Assembly: GCA_021811625.1 (NCBI GenBank) | Contig: JAJZNU010000008.1 | Span: 331 to 64,330 of the forward strand | DNA: 64,000 nt | Reading direction: 5' to 3' | Source of the DNA: a bacterium | Lineage (GTDB): Bacteria; Patescibacteriota; Saccharimonadia; Saccharimonadales; UBA4665 | Shown: in pieces, positions 28,428 to 37,768 of the stretch | Numbering within the stretch: position 1 is the first letter of the stretch | Layout of the letters: the number at the start of each line of letters is the position of its first letter | The notes under the pieces: generated by a model | What the model was told of the DNA's origin: nothing | What the model saw: only the letters and a program-made list of their open reading frames with translations | Database searches by the model: none | Made by a program: the position numbers and the translations under genes

Positions 28428-29720
28428 ATGAAACATACGGTATCGGAAGTTGTTCTAAATAACGGATCACGAGGATTATTAATTCATATCCCTGAAGCCA
28501 GTGTTATGACGTTCGATATAAATTTCCGTGCCGGGGAGTACCTTGTAGCTCCGGAAAAGACCGAGACTCCACACCTGATGGAACATATGGTCTTGGGAGC
28601 GAATAAACTCATACCAAGAGCTCGTGATTTTCAGGCGGAGTTTGAAAAAAATGGCGCCTACAACAACGCCTCGACCAATGTTTACGATATTAGCTACGAA
28701 GCTGAATGTGCTGACTTTGAATGGGAAAGGATCCGAGATCTGCTAATGGTGGCCGTGACTCAGCCATTGTTTTTGGAAGAGGAATTCGCGGCTGAATTCG
28801 GCAACGTTCGAGAAGAGCTGACCGGTAGATCTAACAATCACTTCAGACACTTAAGTCTTGCTCTCCGGGAAAACTTTGGGCTCGTCTCCAAAACAGATAA
28901 AGAAAGACTAAAGTTGATGCGCAATGTCACGGTTGACGATGTCAGAGAGCACTACGAGAGGACCCATACCGCGGCCAATATGCGTTTTATAATAGCCGGC
29001 AACATAACTCCATCCAGGCGCGAGAATATCGAGAATGCCCTAAACCAGATTCAACTGCAGCGCGGACATAACCGAAGGGTCTTGCCAGACGAACGGCCGA
29101 AAAAATTGAAAGAGCCTTTATACATCCGTAACCGAACCGTCGATAACCTATATTTCTATATTGACACCTTTATGCGTCGCCGCATAAGTGATGCCGAAAA
29201 CGATGCCTTGGACATATTGAATATCATGTTAACGGAAACGCTGTACTCGAAGATTTTAGGCACGGCTCGCGAAAGGGGTTTGGTTTATGGCATGAGCTCT
29301 GGCTACAGTCAGCTTAAGGCCTCCAGTAACTGGTGGTTTGGTGCACAGGTTATGCCCGCTAATGCTGGGGCGCTCTTTGCCATAATCGTCGAGGAGCTAA
29401 AGAAGGTTTTTATCGGTAATATTGCCTCGGAAGACATTGAAGCAGCTAAGGCTTATTCCCTGGGACGCTTCCAACGGAGTGCACAAACAGTTGGGGGTAC
29501 GGCCAGTGGTTACGCGGGAAGATACTTTTTCGATGACGTCATTGAAGACTACTATCTAGTCCCTAAGCGCATACAAAGCGTTACTAAATCAGGAATTATC
29601 GATATTGCTACTCAAATGTTTGCTGAAAAAGTATGGGGTTTTGGCGTCCTTGGTAACTGCGGCATAGATTTTGTCCGCGAATTAGGAGAACAACTCGAAC
29701 CACTCTGGAGCGGTTTGTAA
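28428..29720 (+). CDS. M16-family (pitrilysin/insulinase-like) zinc peptidase
   Basis: Inverted zinc motif HLMEH (HxxEH) near the N-terminus, in a two-lobed 430-aa architecture. Confidence 0.82.
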   Translation: MKHTVSEVVLNNGSRGLLIHIPEASVMTFDINFRAGEYLVAPEKTETPHLMEHMVLGANKLIPRARDFQAEFEKNGAYNNASTNVYDISYEAECADFEWERIRDLLMVAVTQPLFLEEEFAAEFGNVREELTGRSNNHFRHLSLALRENFGLVSKTDKERLKLMRNVTVDDVREHYERTHTAANMRFIIAGNITPSRRENIENALNQIQLQRGHNRRVLPDERPKKLKEPLYIRNRTVDNLYFYIDTFMRRRISDAENDALDILNIMLTETLYSKILGTARERGLVYGMSSGYSQLKASSNWWFGAQVMPANAGALFAIIVEELKKVFIGNIASEDIEAAKAYSLGRFQRSAQTVGGTASGYAGRYFFDDVIEDYYLVPKRIQSVTKSGIIDIATQMFAEKVWGFGVLGNCGIDFVRELGEQLEPLWSGL

Positions 29721-29766
29721 TTCTAAAAACAAGCTAAAAATATGGCCTCAAGCTATAATAGTTCCT

Positions 29767-30855
29767 ATGCAGGATGTAATTGAGCAAGCCAATAAACTAA
29801 ATATCGACCTTAAAACCGCTCTAGATCACATCAGTTTTGACGAGCTTATGCGCAAGAAAGAGCAACTCGACAAAGAGACGACAGCGCCGGATTTTTGGCA
29901 AGACAACCTCAAAGCTCAAGAGATAATGAAAACCCAGAACAAGTTAAGGGCCCGGTTAATGCCTTGGGTGGATTTGAAAAAAAGCATCGAAGAGTTAGTG
30001 GAATTAAGTATGTCGAATGATCAGAGCCTGAAAGCCGAACTAGAGACGCAGCTAAAAACGGCCGCCAGAAATCTTGAATCGGCCAAGGAGGAACTTAAGT
30101 TCAACGGTCCCTACGACGAGCGTGATGCCATAATTAGTCTGTATGCAGGTGCCGGTGGAACAGACGCGCAAGATTGGACACAAATTTTACTCAGAATGTA
30201 CATGCGTTGGGCCGAGAAATCCGGCTACAGCGTGAAGACAATTGATGAGTCGCCCGGAGATGAAGCGGGACTTAAAAGTGTTACCGTCGAAGTATCCGGG
30301 CCCTTTGTTTATGGTCGGCTTAGAGGCGAGCATGGAGTGCATCGCCTGGTTAGGTTAAGTCCCTTTAATTCGGCTGCTTCTCGCGAAACGAGTTTTGCAA
30401 AGGTGGACGTACTGCCCAAAATCGATGAGCCTGATGAGATAAAGATTGACGAAAAAGACCTAAGGATTGATGTATATCGGAGCGGTGGTCATGGCGGACA
30501 GAGCGTTAACACAACCGACTCCGCGGTGAGGGTGACACATATACCGACGGGGATCAGTGTGGCTATTCAAAACGAGCGCTCTCAGCTTCAGAATAGAGAG
30601 ACGGCCATGACTGTTTTGAGGTCGCGGTTGGCTAGACTAGAAATGGAGCAACACGCCGAGAGACTTTCCGAACTAAAGGGACCAAACACCTCGGCGGAAT
30701 GGGGAAATCAGATTCGAAGTTATGTCCTTCACCCCTACAAGCAAGTCAAAGATCTTCGTACCAAGTACGAAACGTCTGATCCGGAATCAGTGCTCGACGG
30801 CAATCTCGATGGGCTTATCAATGCCTATTTGGAGTACAGTATTTCATTGCAGTAG
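29767..30855 (+). CDS. prfB: Peptide chain release factor 2 (single ORF, no programmed frameshift)
   Basis: SPF tripeptide (VRLSPFNSAASRETSFA) and GGQ loop ([24 protein letters not shown]). The whole N-terminus is in one frame. Confidence 0.95.
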   Translation: MQDVIEQANKLNIDLKTALDHISFDELMRKKEQLDKETTAPDFWQDNLKAQEIMKTQNKLRARLMPWVDLKKSIEELVELSMSNDQSLKAELETQLKTAARNLESAKEELKFNGPYDERDAIISLYAGAGGTDAQDWTQILLRMYMRWAEKSGYSVKTIDESPGDEAGLKSVTVEVSGPFVYGRLRGEHGVHRLVRLSPFNSAASRETSFAKVDVLPKIDEPDEIKIDEKDLRIDVYRSGGHGGQSVNTTDSAVRVTHIPTGISVAIQNERSQLQNRETAMTVLRSRLARLEMEQHAERLSELKGPNTSAEWGNQIRSYVLHPYKQVKDLRTKYETSDPESVLDGNLDGLINAYLEYSISLQ

Positions 30856-30929
30856 TGATCGCTAGCTTATAGGGCCTTATCGTTTATGCTCTTCTAGCGC
30901 AGCATAGACCCTATGCTATAGTATGAGGC

Positions 30930-31253
30930 GTGCACTACCTAGGCTTACGACATAAGTATGAACGGAGAGTTGGACTAAAGCAGCAACAGCGCTCAAGCTA
31001 TATAATCTTTCTCGATAAACTAACGTTCATTGTAGGTATTATCGGTCCGTTTACTGTCTTACCGCAGATTTACAGTATATTTTCCTCCCACTCCGCCAGC
31101 GGAGTGTCGCTGACTACCTGGGTTTTAATATTTGTCGTCACATTCCCGTGGATACTTTACGGGATTGTTCACAAAGAGGTCAGTATTATTGTCAGTTTTA
31201 TTCTCTGGGAAGTTATGAATCTGGCGGTGGTTATTGGAGTGCTAATTTACTAA
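30930..31253 (+). CDS. SemiSWEET / PQ-loop 3-TM sugar transporter-like protein
   Basis: It has three TM helices. IIGPFTVLPQIYSIFSSHSASGVSLTTWVLIFVVTFPWILYG matches the PQ-loop pattern (LPQ...S..G.S...W....W..YG). The only in-frame start is GTG 30930. Confidence 0.6.
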   Translation: MHYLGLRHKYERRVGLKQQQRSSYIIFLDKLTFIVGIIGPFTVLPQIYSIFSSHSASGVSLTTWVLIFVVTFPWILYGIVHKEVSIIVSFILWEVMNLAVVIGVLIY

Positions 31254-31280
31254 AGCTAAGGATATACTAATGACTGTATT

Positions 31281-32006
31281 ATGAGTACTACCAATAAAAA
31301 CGCGGTGGAAATCAGGAAGCTAAAAGTGATGTTGGGCGGACAAGTTATGCTCAAGAACTTGTCCGCGGATATACCAAGCGGGAAGATTGTTGGTTTGTTA
31401 GGACCGTCTGGGGCCGGTAAGACAACCTTGATACGCACTATCGTCGGGCGACAAAAAATAGCCAGCGGGCGAGTAACGGTTCTTGATCAAGATGCTGGAG
31501 CGGCCGAACTTCGCAAAGATATAGGCTACATGACTCAATCTCCGGCGGTTTACTACGATTTAACCGTTAGAGAAAATGTCCGTTACTTTGCCTCCATGAG
31601 GGGTCTGGGTAAACTAGAGGCCGAAGAAGCTATCGGCTACGTCAAGTTGACCACTAATGTCAAACAGTTATTTAGAACTCTTTCGGGGGGTCAAAAATCC
31701 CGCGTATCGTTAGCGATAGCATTACTTGGACGTCCGAAATTGCTGGTTCTGGACGAACCGACCGTTGGAGTTGATCCAGTGCTACGCAAACAGCTGTGGC
31801 AGTTATTTGGCGAGTTGTCTTTGCGCGGTACAACCTTGATCATCTCTAGTCATGTGATGGATGAGGCCAGTCACTGTCAGGAACTGTTGCTTATCCGCGA
31901 TGGTGAACTCCTGGCCAGCGGTTCCCCGAAAGGTTTATGCGAGAGAACCGGGACTAGAACGGTAGAAGACTGTTTTTTGAAACTTGTAGAAGGGAAGAAG
32001 CTGTAA
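31281..32006 (+). CDS. ABC transporter ATP-binding protein (ABC-2/DrrA-like)
   Basis: Walker A GPSGAGKTT, signature LSGGQKSRVSLA and Walker B LLVLDEPT. Confidence 0.92.
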   Translation: MSTTNKNAVEIRKLKVMLGGQVMLKNLSADIPSGKIVGLLGPSGAGKTTLIRTIVGRQKIASGRVTVLDQDAGAAELRKDIGYMTQSPAVYYDLTVRENVRYFASMRGLGKLEAEEAIGYVKLTTNVKQLFRTLSGGQKSRVSLAIALLGRPKLLVLDEPTVGVDPVLRKQLWQLFGELSLRGTTLIISSHVMDEASHCQELLLIRDGELLASGSPKGLCERTGTRTVEDCFLKLVEGKKL

Positions 32007-32007
32007 G

Positions 32008-32745
32008 ATGAATTTACGTCGAACCATGGCCACGGCGTTGAGAGTCCTTCGGCAACTCGGCCACGATCCTCGAACTCTGATCATGATATTTTTGGTGCCA
32101 TGCGCGCTGATTACCATCTTAAAATATGTTTTCCAGGGAGATGGGCACACGTTTAACTCTATCGCACCTATGATCCTGGGCATTTTCCCTCTGATAATTA
32201 TGTTTATCGTAACCTCGATTGCCACCTTAAGAGAAAGAACAATCGGAACACTCGATCGCTTAATGACCATGCCGATGTCCAAGCTGGACCTTATATTCGG
32301 TTACGCTATAGCCTTCTCGCTATTGGCTGTCGTTCAAGCCTGTATCGCCAGTGCAGTCGTCTTGGGGCTACTCGGCGTAACCGTTCTCGGTGGTACAATT
32401 CCTGTGCTGATCGGTGCGGTCTCCGCGGCCTTCCTGGGAACCGCCTTGGGACTATTTTTAAGTGCTTTCGCGACCAGCGAATTTCAAGCGGTTCAATTTA
32501 TGCCTGCCTTTATCTTGCCTCAACTGTTAACCTGCGGGTTGTTTATCGCCAGAGACCACATGGCTAAGGTCGTCCAATGGTTTGCCGACGTGATGCCACT
32601 AACTTACAGCGTCGATGCCATGAAACAGGTTACCTTGCACGCCAACTGGAGCGCCTTGCTAAGCAGAGATATAGCGATAGTGCTGGCTTGCGGGATAGCT
32701 GCATTAATTCTTGGATCAGCAACAATTCGTCGGCAGGATGGTTAA
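32008..32745 (+). CDS. ABC-2 type transporter permease
   Basis: A six-TM protein that starts 1 nt after the ATPase stop, which is typical ABC-2 pairing. Confidence 0.8.
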   Translation: MNLRRTMATALRVLRQLGHDPRTLIMIFLVPCALITILKYVFQGDGHTFNSIAPMILGIFPLIIMFIVTSIATLRERTIGTLDRLMTMPMSKLDLIFGYAIAFSLLAVVQACIASAVVLGLLGVTVLGGTIPVLIGAVSAAFLGTALGLFLSAFATSEFQAVQFMPAFILPQLLTCGLFIARDHMAKVVQWFADVMPLTYSVDAMKQVTLHANWSALLSRDIAIVLACGIAALILGSATIRRQDG

Positions 32746-32772
32746 CTACCGTCGTTTGGTATAATAAAGCTA

Positions 32773-33456
32773 ATGATTCTTTTGGACAGGGTAACGAAAA
32801 TCTATAACCGCGATATGGCACCGGCGCTTGATCGCATCAGTCTTCGGGTAGAGCCGAAGGAGTTTGTAATCGTGGTCGGTCAAAGCGGTGCCGGTAAAAC
32901 TACGCTGTTGCGCTTGCTAACACGCGAAGAAAGACAGACCAGCGGAAAGATAATCGTCGGCGGAGTAGACTACGATAAACTCCAGGACAAAAACATCCCG
33001 CTTCTCAGGCGTAAAATCGGGGTCGTATTCCAGGACTTTAAGTTACTTCCAAACCGGAATGTTTTTGAGAATGTGGCTTTTGCTCTCGAGATAGTCGGTA
33101 TGAGTCGTCACGAGATTGAACGAACCGTTCCCAAAGTACTCGAAATAGTTAATCTGAAGGGGAAAGAGAAAAACATGCCACTGGAACTGTCCGGAGGAGA
33201 GCGTCAGCGTGTGGCAATAGCTAGGGCGGTTGTTCGTCAGCCCAAGATCCTGATCGCCGACGAGCCGACAGGTAACCTTGATCCGAAGCATGCCTGGGAT
33301 GTTATAAGGGTCTTAGAGAAGATTAATCGTTTCGGGACTACCGTACTGCTCACTACCCACAACAAGGATATCGTAGATAAGCTAAAACGGCGGGTCGTGA
33401 CCATTCAAAACGGCAAAATTGTTCGCGACAAAGCCAACGCTGCTTACAAAATATGA
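32773..33456 (+). CDS. ftsE: Cell-division ABC ATPase FtsE
   Basis: GQSGAGKTTLLRLL, LSGGERQRVAIARA and ILIADEPTGNLD. It overlaps the downstream ftsX by 4 nt. Confidence 0.9.
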   Translation: MILLDRVTKIYNRDMAPALDRISLRVEPKEFVIVVGQSGAGKTTLLRLLTREERQTSGKIIVGGVDYDKLQDKNIPLLRRKIGVVFQDFKLLPNRNVFENVAFALEIVGMSRHEIERTVPKVLEIVNLKGKEKNMPLELSGGERQRVAIARAVVRQPKILIADEPTGNLDPKHAWDVIRVLEKINRFGTTVLLTTHNKDIVDKLKRRVVTIQNGKIVRDKANAAYKI

Positions 33457-34400
33457 AACATAGAATAGTAACCATATTACGTATTATCCGTACGGGAGCC
33501 ATTAATTTTACCCGTAACCTTTCTTTGGCGGCGGCGGCGATGGCTGTCATGGGCGTCACCTTAACTATTATCCTGTTTTCGGTCGTTGCCGGATCAGCTT
33601 TTAATCATTCCATAACGCAGTTAACTAACAAATTGAATGTCTCCGTTTACCTCAGTGATTCCGTCACCCAACCGCAACTCGATAGCTTTCTTAAGCAGCT
33701 ACGGTCTCAGCCGAATGTCAAAAAAGCCACATACTATTCCAAGGCGCAAGATCTGGCGCAGGCAAAAGCCCAGAATGCCGGCAACCAGACATTGCTTCAG
33801 GGGCTGAGCGAGACAGGGAATGTTATTCCGGCCAAAATCCAGATCCAGCCGGTCGACCCCAACAAAATCCAAGATATAAAGAACTTTCTTGATAAACCTG
33901 CCAATCTAGCGCTGGAAGATTCACAAACTCCGACATCTTATTCTGGCGATGAAAAAGCAGCAATCGATAAAATCGCTCACGCTACCAACGTTATTCGGGA
34001 AGCTGGCGTTGTAGCGGTGATAGTCTTCGCGATGATATCAATGCTTATAATCTTCAATACCATCCGTATGGCTATATTCAACCGGAGAGACGAAATCAGC
34101 ATAATGCGGCTGCTAGGAGCCAGTACCTGGTTTATACGCGGTCCCTTTGTGGTAGAGAGCGTTATCTACGGCATAATATCCGCCTTGGCTTCTATCGCTC
34201 TCATAGACGTCCTATTTGCCGGTACCGCCAATGGTTTACAGGCAAGCAGCCTAGGGCTTTTAGATATTAATTACGCAAACCTATTCTTTAAATCCCACTT
34301 ATGGCTTCTTTTGCTATTGCAGTTGATGATTGGTATACTAATTGGTGCCGTATCGTCCGTAATTGCCACGCGGCGTTATCTCAAATTCAAATCCAAGTAA
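33453..34400 (+). CDS. ftsX: Cell-division permease-like protein FtsX
   Basis: TM1, a large extracytoplasmic loop, then three C-terminal TM helices. It is coupled to ftsE. Confidence 0.87.
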   Translation: MKHRIVTILRIIRTGAINFTRNLSLAAAAMAVMGVTLTIILFSVVAGSAFNHSITQLTNKLNVSVYLSDSVTQPQLDSFLKQLRSQPNVKKATYYSKAQDLAQAKAQNAGNQTLLQGLSETGNVIPAKIQIQPVDPNKIQDIKNFLDKPANLALEDSQTPTSYSGDEKAAIDKIAHATNVIREAGVVAVIVFAMISMLIIFNTIRMAIFNRRDEISIMRLLGASTWFIRGPFVVESVIYGIISALASIALIDVLFAGTANGLQASSLGLLDINYANLFFKSHLWLLLLLQLMIGILIGAVSSVIATRRYLKFKSK

Positions 34401-34540
34401 AACAACTACTAATATCGTTCTAAAAAAATAGTCGATTAATTTTCAACTAATTGACGCTGGGACGTATCTTAGTATCGTATCAGCAGCGGGTCACAGATAA
34501 GTAAATAAGAGGGTAATTTAATAAACTTGTAGGGTGTGGT

Positions 34541-35842
34541 ATGATGAAACTGCTAATAAATCAAACAAAAAAAATGCTTCAAAAAATTAGACTATTTCGG
34601 CATCTTCCGATAATTCGACGACTATCGAATATGCAGTTTATAGTAGTTATTAGTTGTTTTCTAGCTGGAAGCGTTGCCGCTCCTATGGTATATGCTTCAA
34701 CCCTGCAAGACCAAATTAATTCTCTGCAGGCTCAAAACTCTCAAACCGAATCAAACCTCAATTCTCTACAGCTTCAGGCGGCGAGTTACCAGGATGCTGT
34801 CAATCAACTCCAATCGCAGATTTATTCTCTCCGGCTGGCTATACAGGCCAATGAAGCAAAACAAGTAGACCTACAACAGCAGATACAATCAAGTGACCAA
34901 CAAATAGCTCAACAAAAACAGATACTAGGATCTTATATAAAGGCAATCTATGTCGGCGGCCAGATGAGCACAGTTGAGGAGTTAGCTACAAGCAAGAGTC
35001 TAAGTGACTTTGTTGACTCCCAGACCTATCGTAACGCGGTTCAGAGTCAGATTCAGACAACGCTAGCACAGATCACAGCGCTAGAAGCACAGCTCAAGAC
35101 CCAGCAGGTTCAGGTTACTCAGTTGTTGCAAACGCAGAACACGCAGCAGGCACAACTAGATGCCGAGGAAAGTCAGCAAGCTCAACTATTGTCCTACAAC
35201 CAAAGTCAGCAAGCGCAGTATAATCAACAAATCGCTGCAAACCAATCTGAGATTGCGACGCTTAAAGCCGAACAAGTTGCTGCTGACGCTGCTATTGCTA
35301 AAACTGTGCAGTACCAGCCACCTAGCAACCAAAACGCTCAAGCTGCGTGCAATAACGGAGAGGGGACTGGTGGATATCCGTTAGCCTGGTGCAACGCTTA
35401 TCAAGATGCGATTCCTACCATTCCGAACGACGGCGGGAGTGGCGATAACCGTGAATGCACTTCGTATGCGTACTGGTATTTTACGTCGATAGAACACCAG
35501 TCGGGATTTAATGTAAGTGGTAATGCCGGTTGGTGGTGGGAAACAAGTAATTATCCGGTAACAACCTGGAATTCCAGCGTAAAGGACGGGGCGATTGGCA
35601 TTGAACCTTCAAGCTCTTTGAGTGCGCCGGTTAGAACTTACCATACTTCTATAGATGGCGGATACTACGGCCATGTCATGATTGTTCAGGCTTTACCTGG
35701 CGAGAGCTACCCGGGCTTCAATAACGGGCAAGCGGTGCCGTCTGGTGACGTACTTGTTAGCAGCATGAATGAAGATGGGCAGGGACACTTTCAGCTAAAT
35801 CTTTGGCCAGTTAACTACTTACTATTTATCAACCCCCAGTAA
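34541..35842 (+). CDS. Secreted coiled-coil + CHAP-domain peptidoglycan hydrolase (PcsB-like architecture)
   Basis: It has a signal/TM segment and about 200 aa of Gln-rich heptad coiled coil. The C-terminal CHAP domain carries the catalytic Cys (NRECTSYAYWYF) and His (YYGHVMIVQ). The start is uncertain (34541 or the internal MQFIVV). Confidence 0.78.
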   Translation: MMKLLINQTKKMLQKIRLFRHLPIIRRLSNMQFIVVISCFLAGSVAAPMVYASTLQDQINSLQAQNSQTESNLNSLQLQAASYQDAVNQLQSQIYSLRLAIQANEAKQVDLQQQIQSSDQQIAQQKQILGSYIKAIYVGGQMSTVEELATSKSLSDFVDSQTYRNAVQSQIQTTLAQITALEAQLKTQQVQVTQLLQTQNTQQAQLDAEESQQAQLLSYNQSQQAQYNQQIAANQSEIATLKAEQVAADAAIAKTVQYQPPSNQNAQAACNNGEGTGGYPLAWCNAYQDAIPTIPNDGGSGDNRECTSYAYWYFTSIEHQSGFNVSGNAGWWWETSNYPVTTWNSSVKDGAIGIEPSSSLSAPVRTYHTSIDGGYYGHVMIVQALPGESYPGFNNGQAVPSGDVLVSSMNEDGQGHFQLNLWPVNYLLFINPQ

Positions 35843-35885
35843 TCCTTGAGGTTTGCGCGGTCTGTGTGCTGTATAATTAAAACTT

Positions 35886-37076
35886 ATGCTGAAAGGTTGG
35901 GTTAAGATGCACAAACGTCTAATCTTCCGTGCCGGAGTGCTGTTAATTGGAGTAGCATTGTTTGTGCTCGGGATATTTGTTGGTGATGGGAGGATTAGCT
36001 GGTCGACTTCTCGCAACGGATTGCCAGCTCAGCTGGATTACTCCAGCGTGAATCAGGTTTACCAGGACCTCAAAAGCCAATACTACGGAACTTTGACGAC
36101 GACCCAGCTGCTTAATGGTATGAAAACGGGTATGGTGAATGCTGTGGGCGATCCTTACACCGAGTATTTCACGCCTTCACAAGCAAAAGCCTTCAATAAC
36201 GATCTTAATGGTAGCTTCGGGGGTATAGGCGCCGAACTGGGCGAGAACGCCAGTAACCAATTGGAGATAATTGCTCCCCTGGCCGGCACTCCTGCCGATA
36301 AAGCGGGATTAAAGCCGAACGACCTAATAACATCTATTAACGGTACAAACACCACCGGAATGTCTATTGATGCAGCTGTGGCCAAAATCCGTGGTCCGGT
36401 AAATAGCAAAGTAACTCTGGGCATTACGCGCGGTGGAGCACAATTGACCTTTACTATCGTTCGAGCCAACATTACGCCACCCAGCGTCACCTACAAGACA
36501 CTTAGTGGCAATATCGGGTATATGCAGATTAGCCAGTTCTCCAATGACACTTCTGGTCTCGCCGAGAAAGCCGCGCAGTCCTTCCAGCAAGCCCACGTTA
36601 AGGGGGTTATTCTCGATCTTCGGAACGATCCCGGCGGGCTAGTAGATGCGGCCGTGAATGTATCCAGCCTGTGGCTTCCGAGTGGCCAGGAAATAATGCA
36701 GGAAAGAGCAGGCAGCTCAGTTCTGCAAACCTACTACTCTACGGGTAATGACCTACTAAAGGGAATTCCAACGGTCGTCCTGATAAATTCCGGTTCAGCC
36801 AGCGCTGCCGAGATAACAACCGGCGCGCTCCACGATAATCACGCCGCCTACGTTATAGGGGAGAAAAGTTACGGAAAGGGCGTTGTCCAACAGCTGGATA
36901 ATCTAAGCGACGGTTCCGAATTAAAGGTAACGATTGCCAGCTGGTATCGGCCCGACGGACAGAATATCAACCACAAAGGTATTCAACCCGACCAAACGGT
37001 CGGACTCACCGATGCTCAAGCCGCTGCCGGTCAGGATCCTCAGCTACAAGCTGCGGAAGCTTACCTGCAAAAGTAA
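35886..37076 (+). CDS. ctp: Carboxy-terminal processing protease (S41) with PDZ domain
   Basis: PDZ domain (PLAGTPADKAGLKPNDLITSING), catalytic Ser (NSGSASAAEI) and Lys (GEKSYGKGVVQ). Confidence 0.9.
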   Translation: MLKGWVKMHKRLIFRAGVLLIGVALFVLGIFVGDGRISWSTSRNGLPAQLDYSSVNQVYQDLKSQYYGTLTTTQLLNGMKTGMVNAVGDPYTEYFTPSQAKAFNNDLNGSFGGIGAELGENASNQLEIIAPLAGTPADKAGLKPNDLITSINGTNTTGMSIDAAVAKIRGPVNSKVTLGITRGGAQLTFTIVRANITPPSVTYKTLSGNIGYMQISQFSNDTSGLAEKAAQSFQQAHVKGVILDLRNDPGGLVDAAVNVSSLWLPSGQEIMQERAGSSVLQTYYSTGNDLLKGIPTVVLINSGSASAAEITTGALHDNHAAYVIGEKSYGKGVVQQLDNLSDGSELKVTIASWYRPDGQNINHKGIQPDQTVGLTDAQAAAGQDPQLQAAEAYLQK

Positions 37077-37299
37077 TCAAGTGGCTATATTAAAGCACAC
37101 AACCTAGCTTGGATGGTCTTTGATAACACTGACAAAAGTTAAGTTTAGAGCCTCAAAGTCCGGTCACAAAAATTTAAGACTTTTAATAAAATAATCCGAA
37201 GAAAAAATTAATAATTTCGAGTAACCGGCAAAAACGTGGAGGTTTTTTGACCGTTTAGCCCCTGTTATTTGTGTATACGTTAGGGTTACAGTACCCTAA

Positions 37300-37668
37300 G
37301 TTCGTGAAAAAACTGTATACCGACGATGGTGTCCTGCTTGCCATCAACAAATGCAAAAGCGGGGCAAGACAGCAGCTGGTAGGCAGCGTTGGCTATGCAT
37401 TCAGTGCAGTCGTAGTCATAGCTTGGGCCATGAGACTCAAGCCCGTGGCCGGCTGCTAGACCGCTTTGTTAAGTGGCTGCTTGGCAAGCAAGCTCAGTCA
37501 GAACTGGGGGTTTCAGAACGCACCTGGCGAGCTCAAACCAACTGGTGTTGGCAGATTGTACCCAAGCCAACACTAACCGGTGAAATTTACCCCATCATCC
37601 TGCTAGATGGCATACGAATCGGCTCCATGGTTAATCTCATTGCCCGGACTACTAAAGCTGAAAATTAG
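37300..37668 (+). pseudogene. IS1-family-like transposase remnant (zinc-ribbon N-terminus, truncated)
   Basis: The frame opens after the stop at 37297-37299 and reads ...CPACHQQMQKRGKTAAGRQRWLCIQCSRSH. This resembles the IS1 InsA ribbon (CPxC...NGKSTAGHQRYLCxxC, from memory). No ATG or GTG precedes the first Cys pair. The ORF ends after about 120 codons, with only about 100 nt left before pyrG, so there is no DDE domain. Confidence 0.45.
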
Positions 37669-37768
37669 TCCAGGGTACCGGGGAAAGAATAGAGCATAAT
37701 CGTGGTTAGAGCTTGCCAAAGGATAGAACCACAGGTATATTAAAAAGTAACATCAAGAGGGAGAAGGC

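Noticed and set aside
29767-29900. I looked for the programmed +1 frameshift site (CUU UGA C type) expected early in prfB.
   Set aside because: The RF2 N-terminus is continuous in one frame from ATG 29767, and there is no in-frame UGA. The gene simply lacks the autoregulatory frameshift, as in a minority of bacteria.
37271-37459. A 62-aa ORF overlaps the IS1-like fragment in another frame.
   Set aside because: It has no motif and overlaps the frame that carries the recognisable zinc-ribbon sequence. It is probably spurious.
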